A stretch of 64,000 bases of DNA, taken from NCBI GenBank assembly GCA_000004985.1, contig GG738872.1, one strand, 5' to 3'. Numbering within the stretch: position 1 is the first letter of the stretch; every line of letters starts with the position of its first letter. The DNA is from Naegleria gruberi. Lineage: Eukaryota. Shown here one piece after another: positions 59,017-64,000 of the stretch. The notes below the pieces were generated by a model. It did not search any database. It saw nothing but the letters and a program-made list of their open reading frames with translations, and had not been told where the DNA came from. The position numbers and the translations under genes are program-made.

Positions 59017-62000
59017 TTAAAAGTACAATCTTGTTAATAACTTTGGTCTTACTTTTGCTTTACAAGTAGGGCATTCCAACTTGTATGATAACCATTGCTG
59101 CCAACAACTGTAACAATTAACATGTCCACATTTGGCTGCTGTTGGTTCTTTACAATTTTCCTTACAGATACTGCACAGAGTAGCAGAAACAACTGGTGGT
59201 GTTTCTTCTATTATTTGAGGTGGAGGTGCTGATTTTTCTTGTTGTTGAACTACTGGTGTAGGAATGCTGGTTGATTGACCAATAAGGCTCGTCTCTAAGG
59301 TGAGAGGAATATCAGAGAAGGTTTGATTAACAACAGTAACTGGTTCTGGATCATCAAGAAGAATTGGTCTGGAAATTGAATTAGAAGATGCTACTGTCTT
59401 TGTCTTTTTTACCACAGCACCTGTAACGAGATCGAATTGTACCTGCTCTTGTTTCCTCTTTTTAGAGTTGGATTCCAATAACTCTTCCTCTTGTAGGATA
59501 ATTTGTTTCTTTACAATTTCATCAAACAGGTCTGTCATTTTTGGTGCAATAAAATTCTTGAATTTTTGAATGGCATCCAAATTATTCACTCCAAACAGTT
59601 TAACAAGTTTCACAACCAATATACTGAATGAATTAGTACTTGTTGAATCTTTAGAGGTATTTTGCTTTTTAAATTCAATTAACAGCTTTTTAAATTCTTG
59701 ATATTTTTCGGAAGGTAACATTTTCTTCACCAATTCAAGATATTCAGCAGATTGTTTCCTACTTGCAGATGGTGGAGGAGTTTCTGTTTCAACTCTAGCT
59801 GGAGGAGTATTCACCAAATTCTTATTTTCAATCGATTGAGGATTAATATAGGTATTCAGCACAACATTTCGTTTTGGTGTTGAATTATCATTGATAGCAC
59901 TGCTACCAAAGTTACTAGATGAGGAAGCAGTTGAAGATGAATTTGAACCCTTATCATAAACTACTTGTTTTGAAATATATCTTCTTGGTTCACTCGATTC
60001 AACAGGTTTTTTGTAATGTTGTAGTGAGGTAGAATTTGGTGGCTGTGCTTGTACATCAACTTCTTTCATCTTAGTGTCATTCTCGCTTACCATTTCATTT
60101 CTATATTCCTCAATATCCTCATGATAAATATTTCTATATTGCATTGGGGCTTGAGAAATATAGAGCTGATTTAGATCCAGATTAAATCTAGGTATTTTCT
60201 TAATTGGTGGAGGAGGTGGAGGTTTGACTTTTTCACTTTCAATACCAAATTTTTGGAATGCATTCTTATAAAATAAAGAGAGAGCATTATTAACTTCTGA
60301 GAATTGCCCAGCTACTTTAAGATGAGGTTGTAACCATCTGGAAAGCTGCTGTCTTTGATTTTGGGTTGCATATCTTTCATCACATAGAACAACAGCTCCA
60401 TAATCATATCTGTGTCTGATAATTCTACCAATGGCTTGGTTGACAGCTCTAGAAGACTCTTGAGTATACCACTGACTACCAGTTATTGGTTTAGCGTTTG
60501 GATTTTCTGTTGTAATCCTTTTAGCTGTTTCATCAAGATAATCTCTCTTTAATTTTACTTTCAAATCAAAAAGTGGAGGAAATGGTAATCCAACAATCAT
60601 ACAACAACGACCATTTCTATTGATAAAATCTAAACCTTCACTCACTCTACCTCTACAAACAGCAAAGAAACATGCACCTGTTGTGTTTCCTTTCCTATTT
60701 TTAATACTATCCTCATATTCTCGAATAACTTGATTTAGTTTGGAAGACTCTTTCGGTTCAGTAATTATCGTCTTATTTTGAGTTACACTGTCCCATGTTG
60801 ATTTAGCTCCTCCATTAGATTTCTTCCAAATTTCAATACATTGATCCATCAGCGTATATGAGGGGAAGAAAACCAATAAACCATCAGGTACTACTTTTGA
60901 AAGATTTAAAAGTGTTGTTCCTACTTCTCTAAGATATGGTTCAGAAGCTCTATTTGTAAAACTTGAATTGAGTTTGGTTCCACCAGGGCCACACTGAGCA
61001 GCCATTACACAAATTTGTTCTCTATTTACAACGTGTGGATTTTCCAATCTGATAGGAAAACTCAAACCAAGTTCATAAGCAAAGGATTCCATTGGCGAGA
61101 GAGTACCAGATGTTAATATGAAAGAAAGTGGACCTTCCTTTGCTAAATTTTGCATTGAAAGACCAGGATTGAAACACCAAAAGGAAAGAGTTTTTGATTT
61201 TCTAAAATCTTTCTTCTTATCTCTAGTAGCCAAAGCATCAGTATAGAATTGCAAATGTTCTGAAGATAGATTGGTATTCATAACTCCTGGTTGTTTCTTT
61301 GAGTAGTAAATATACACTTTGTAAAAGTTTTTAAATACTTCTTCACAATTTGCCTCATTGAATACTCTTTCAACAGCTTCTTTAACACGTTCCAGTCCAG
61401 AGCATGATTGTTTCTTATTTTGTAAAAATGTGATGATACTTCTAATTTTTTCATTAAATGTTTCCCAAGTCGATGGATGAATGGAGGCATATGAGAAAAC
61501 TTCATAAATAGAATCACCAGTTGATGTACTTCCTTCTTCTGGTATTTCCATTTCATCTATATGTATATCCAAATCTAAAAGAGCAGATGAAACGTCAAAA
61601 CAATCAGATCTCAATTCTGTTGATTTCTGAATATCGGATGGATCTATTGTAAGTTTATCCATTTCAGCTCTACATTTTTCAATTTCTGCAATGGCCTTGC
61701 TTATATTAATTGTAGAAAAATCGAATGAACTTGCTTCAGCACATAGTTTTTGTACATTGTGAGCTTCGTCAAAAATTATAATGGAATTTGAAATATCAAC
61801 ATTGACTTTCTTTCTCAATAATGGATCAATTAAATAATTGTATGGCATGAATATAATTTCAGCAACTTTTTGTTTTTCTCTAGAATAAAAGAAAGGGCAA
61901 AAACATCTTTTCAATCCCTTTTCCAATAAATCCTCAATATCCTCAATTTCATCTTCCTTTTCATGTGTGAATAATTCTCCAGATTTTTTCAAGCTTGTGA

Positions 62001-62663
62001 AATTTGTATAATATTTACAACCTCCAGATCTTACAAGTGATGTACATTTTGAAATTTGTTGAAATCCTTTTAAAGATATAACATCTGGATTGATACATGA
62101 TTGTTCTCTAGATCCCATAACAACAATTTCTGGAGTATATGCTGATTTTTTAAGTTCCTTGATAGCGTGAGTCAATTGAGAGTGAGTTCTAGATGTAAAA
62201 ATAATTTTTGGAATTGGTCCAACATGTTGTCCATTCATTTCTGTAAAATGTCACAAATAATTCCAATAAATTTTAATTGCAATTAAAACATACTCTTTTT
62301 ATAATCCAATAACCATGCGTATGAAGAACATAATAAACACACTATCAATAAATTATTATTATAACAATATTAAATTATCATTTAACATACTTGTTTTACC
62401 AGTACCAGTTGGTGATTCTAATAAAGCATTTCTAGACTAATGCAGAAATGGAATCAATAAATTATTAATTTTAAAAAACTTACACAAATAACTGTCGGAT
62501 TATCTTTTCTTTCTTGCATTGATTCCTGTAGACATTGAATAACTTTTTCCATATACATTTCCTGACAAGGATAGGCTTGATACGGAAAATGTACAGGAAC
62601 TCCTATTATTTTGATATTATCAATTGATGCAATAATAATATTATAGTATGGTCCGATCATCAT
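59017..62663 (-). CDS. RTEL1: Regulator of telomere elongation helicase 1 (RTEL1; Rad3/XPD-family FeS helicase with C-terminal C4C4 RING), four exons (62484..62663, 62391..62436, 62294..62341, 59017..62240)
   Basis: Exon 1 GVPVHFPYQAYPCQEMYMEKVIQCLQ vs human [26 protein letters not shown]. A 46-nt micro-exon encodes LESPTGTGKT (Walker A). A 48-nt micro-exon encodes CLLCSSYAWLLDYKK (human LCLLCTTLAWREHLRD). The main exon [43 protein letters not shown] matches human [43 protein letters not shown], with DEAH and FeS cysteines and a C-terminal RING (CSICKENC...CGHVNCYSCWQQWL...CPTCK). Introns of 47, 49 and 53 nt. Confidence 0.85.
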
Positions 62664-63139
62664 CACAATTATCAATATTTATGAATTTAAAAATCATCAT
62701 GATGGGGTGAATAAAACTCACCTCTAATATTGTATTCTGGCATTTTTTTCCAAAGAGAATTGGAATTTTTTATCAGATGTAGAAGAGAAAACTTGTGCTA
62801 AGAGTTCTTTTATTTGTTGGAAGAAAGCAACAACTTGGTTGAAAGAGGAGTATTGAAGTTACGATCAGAAGAATTGTGCTATCAAGTGTGGTTATTACTT
62901 TTTTTAGATTAGTTAACGGTAAATTGTTGCATCATCTTTTGTAACGAATAGTCACGTTGGCAATTAGTAATAATAGACTCTCAGTGGGTGATGATGCTGA
63001 ACATTGATATCACCAAGCCTTTGATATTTAAAAAACCAACAAGAAAAAATTATCTACACACTATCAACCAGACTGTTGTAGTTTAGTAGATTCTCAACCT
63101 CATCACCCGACAAAAACTAGGATAATAATAATCAACAAA
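62664..63139. promoter_or_regulatory. Divergent intergenic region between the RTEL1 (-) and NSF (+) start codons. Putative bidirectional promoter
   Basis: 476-bp non-coding gap between two divergently oriented, confidently identified genes. Inference only. Confidence 0.3.
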
Positions 63140-64000
63140 ATGATTGGCGAACCAGCTGGCGTTAAAAGACTTAAAGTAACCAATACTCCTGGTAAGAATT
63201 TGGTTGCTACTAATTATGCCTATGTCAATGAAAAGGAATTTCCTGAATTTCCAATTTATATTAGAGTGAAGGATATTGTTCTTATTGCTCAATCACATCC
63301 TAGTATTGAATTTGGATCTATTGCTTTGAACAAAATTCAAAGACAAAGTGCTCACTTACCAAACAATGCCGATGCTGAATGTGAGGTTTTCCATGTACCA
63401 AAACATAACTTTGAACTTTCCTTTGTACTTTTCGGTAAGTATATGTGATTTATTATTTGATATATTAATTGATTTATTGAAAATTTTAAACCGATCATTT
63501 TGATGATGAATTATTTGATCATCACAATTTTAAATTATCTTTTAATAATTAATATTTATTACTCTAATGACGATAATTTTATACAATAGAAATTGATTTT
63601 ATTAGTCCAAATACTGTTACAGATAATGAAGTTGACGGAAAGAGATTAATTCAATCGTTCAAGGAAAATTATAATAGACACATCTTTATTGATAGACAAA
63701 AGTTTGTCATTGATTTTGAAGGAAATATGATTCTTGTTACATTGAAGGAAATGGAAGTTTTTGATACTAAAACATTGCAAACAAATTCAGGAGAACTTAA
63801 AGAAGTTGCTACTATGGGTATTTTAACAAAGAATACCAGTATTCGTGTTGTTAAACCAAAGACATCAACTGTAAAACTTACAAATTTACCATCTGAATCA
63901 GCTGGTACAACTGATATTTTCAATACTCAAGTTACATTTGAAAAATTAGGTATTGGTGGTTTGGATAAGCAATTGAATAATGTTTTCAGAAGAGCTTTTG
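63140..64000 (+). CDS. NSF: N-ethylmaleimide-sensitive factor (vesicle-fusing ATPase NSF), N-domain. Partial; the gene continues beyond the window. Exons 63140..63434 and 63623..>64000
   Basis: NLVATNYAYVNEKEF...HPSIEFGSIAL vs human NSF ELSLTNCAVVNEKDF...HPSVVPGSIAF. Second exon ends FEKLGIGGLDKQLNNVFRRAF vs human [21 protein letters not shown]. A 188-nt AT-rich GT..AG intron (63435..63622). Confidence 0.85.

Noticed and set aside
1-64000. Search for prokaryotic-style systems (defence islands, operons, CRISPR arrays, integrases, transposases) and for rRNA/tRNA genes
   Set aside because: The sequence is clearly eukaryotic nuclear DNA: spliceosomal introns, A-rich start-codon context and eukaryote-only protein families. 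I found no direct-repeat arrays, no tRNA-like cloverleaf candidates, no rDNA and no transposon hallmarks.

Overview
This window reads as a gene-dense stretch of eukaryotic nuclear DNA, not a prokaryotic or viral locus. Three things point to an amoebozoan, dictyostelid-like genome, held as inference only: start codons sit in A-runs (AAAAATG), introns are short and AT-rich (37-188 nt, GT..AG), and proteins carry long N/Q/S/T-rich low-complexity tracts. Overall GC is roughly 35%.

I can support about 29 protein-coding genes on both strands. Most are conserved housekeeping, trafficking or genome-maintenance genes recognisable from my recollection of conserved motifs and family sequences in the ORF translations:
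- NudC-type Nudix hydrolase, LSM1, a TM2-domain protein, HEATR1/UTP10, asparaginyl-tRNA synthetase
- a coatomer-like WD40/alpha-solenoid protein, a PARP6/8-like ADP-ribosyltransferase, a HEI10/CCNB1IP1-like RING E3, COQ4
- an OSCA/TMEM63 channel, a catalytically dead eEF1A-like GTPase paralog, an arrestin-domain protein, an Arp10/11-like Arp, DCN1, PEX3
- AP-3 delta, farnesyltransferase alpha, a Kelch-BTB protein, a 3,300-aa BEACH protein, RTEL1 and NSF (partial)

Several adjacent track ORFs are really single genes joined by short introns: 1476..3005 with 3008..4222, 23688..24365 with 24433..26820, 30511..31596 with 31668..33818, and the RTEL1 5' micro-exons.

Three genes carry single-nucleotide frame breaks at homopolymer runs. 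These look like assembly errors rather than biology.

I found no rRNA, tRNA, CRISPR array or mobile element. I also do not see a novel multi-gene 'system' in the prokaryotic sense. The most interesting items are the dead eEF1A paralog, the HEI10 homolog, the PARP6/8 ortholog, the coatomer/TSET-like protein and the extreme compaction of convergent and divergent gene pairs.
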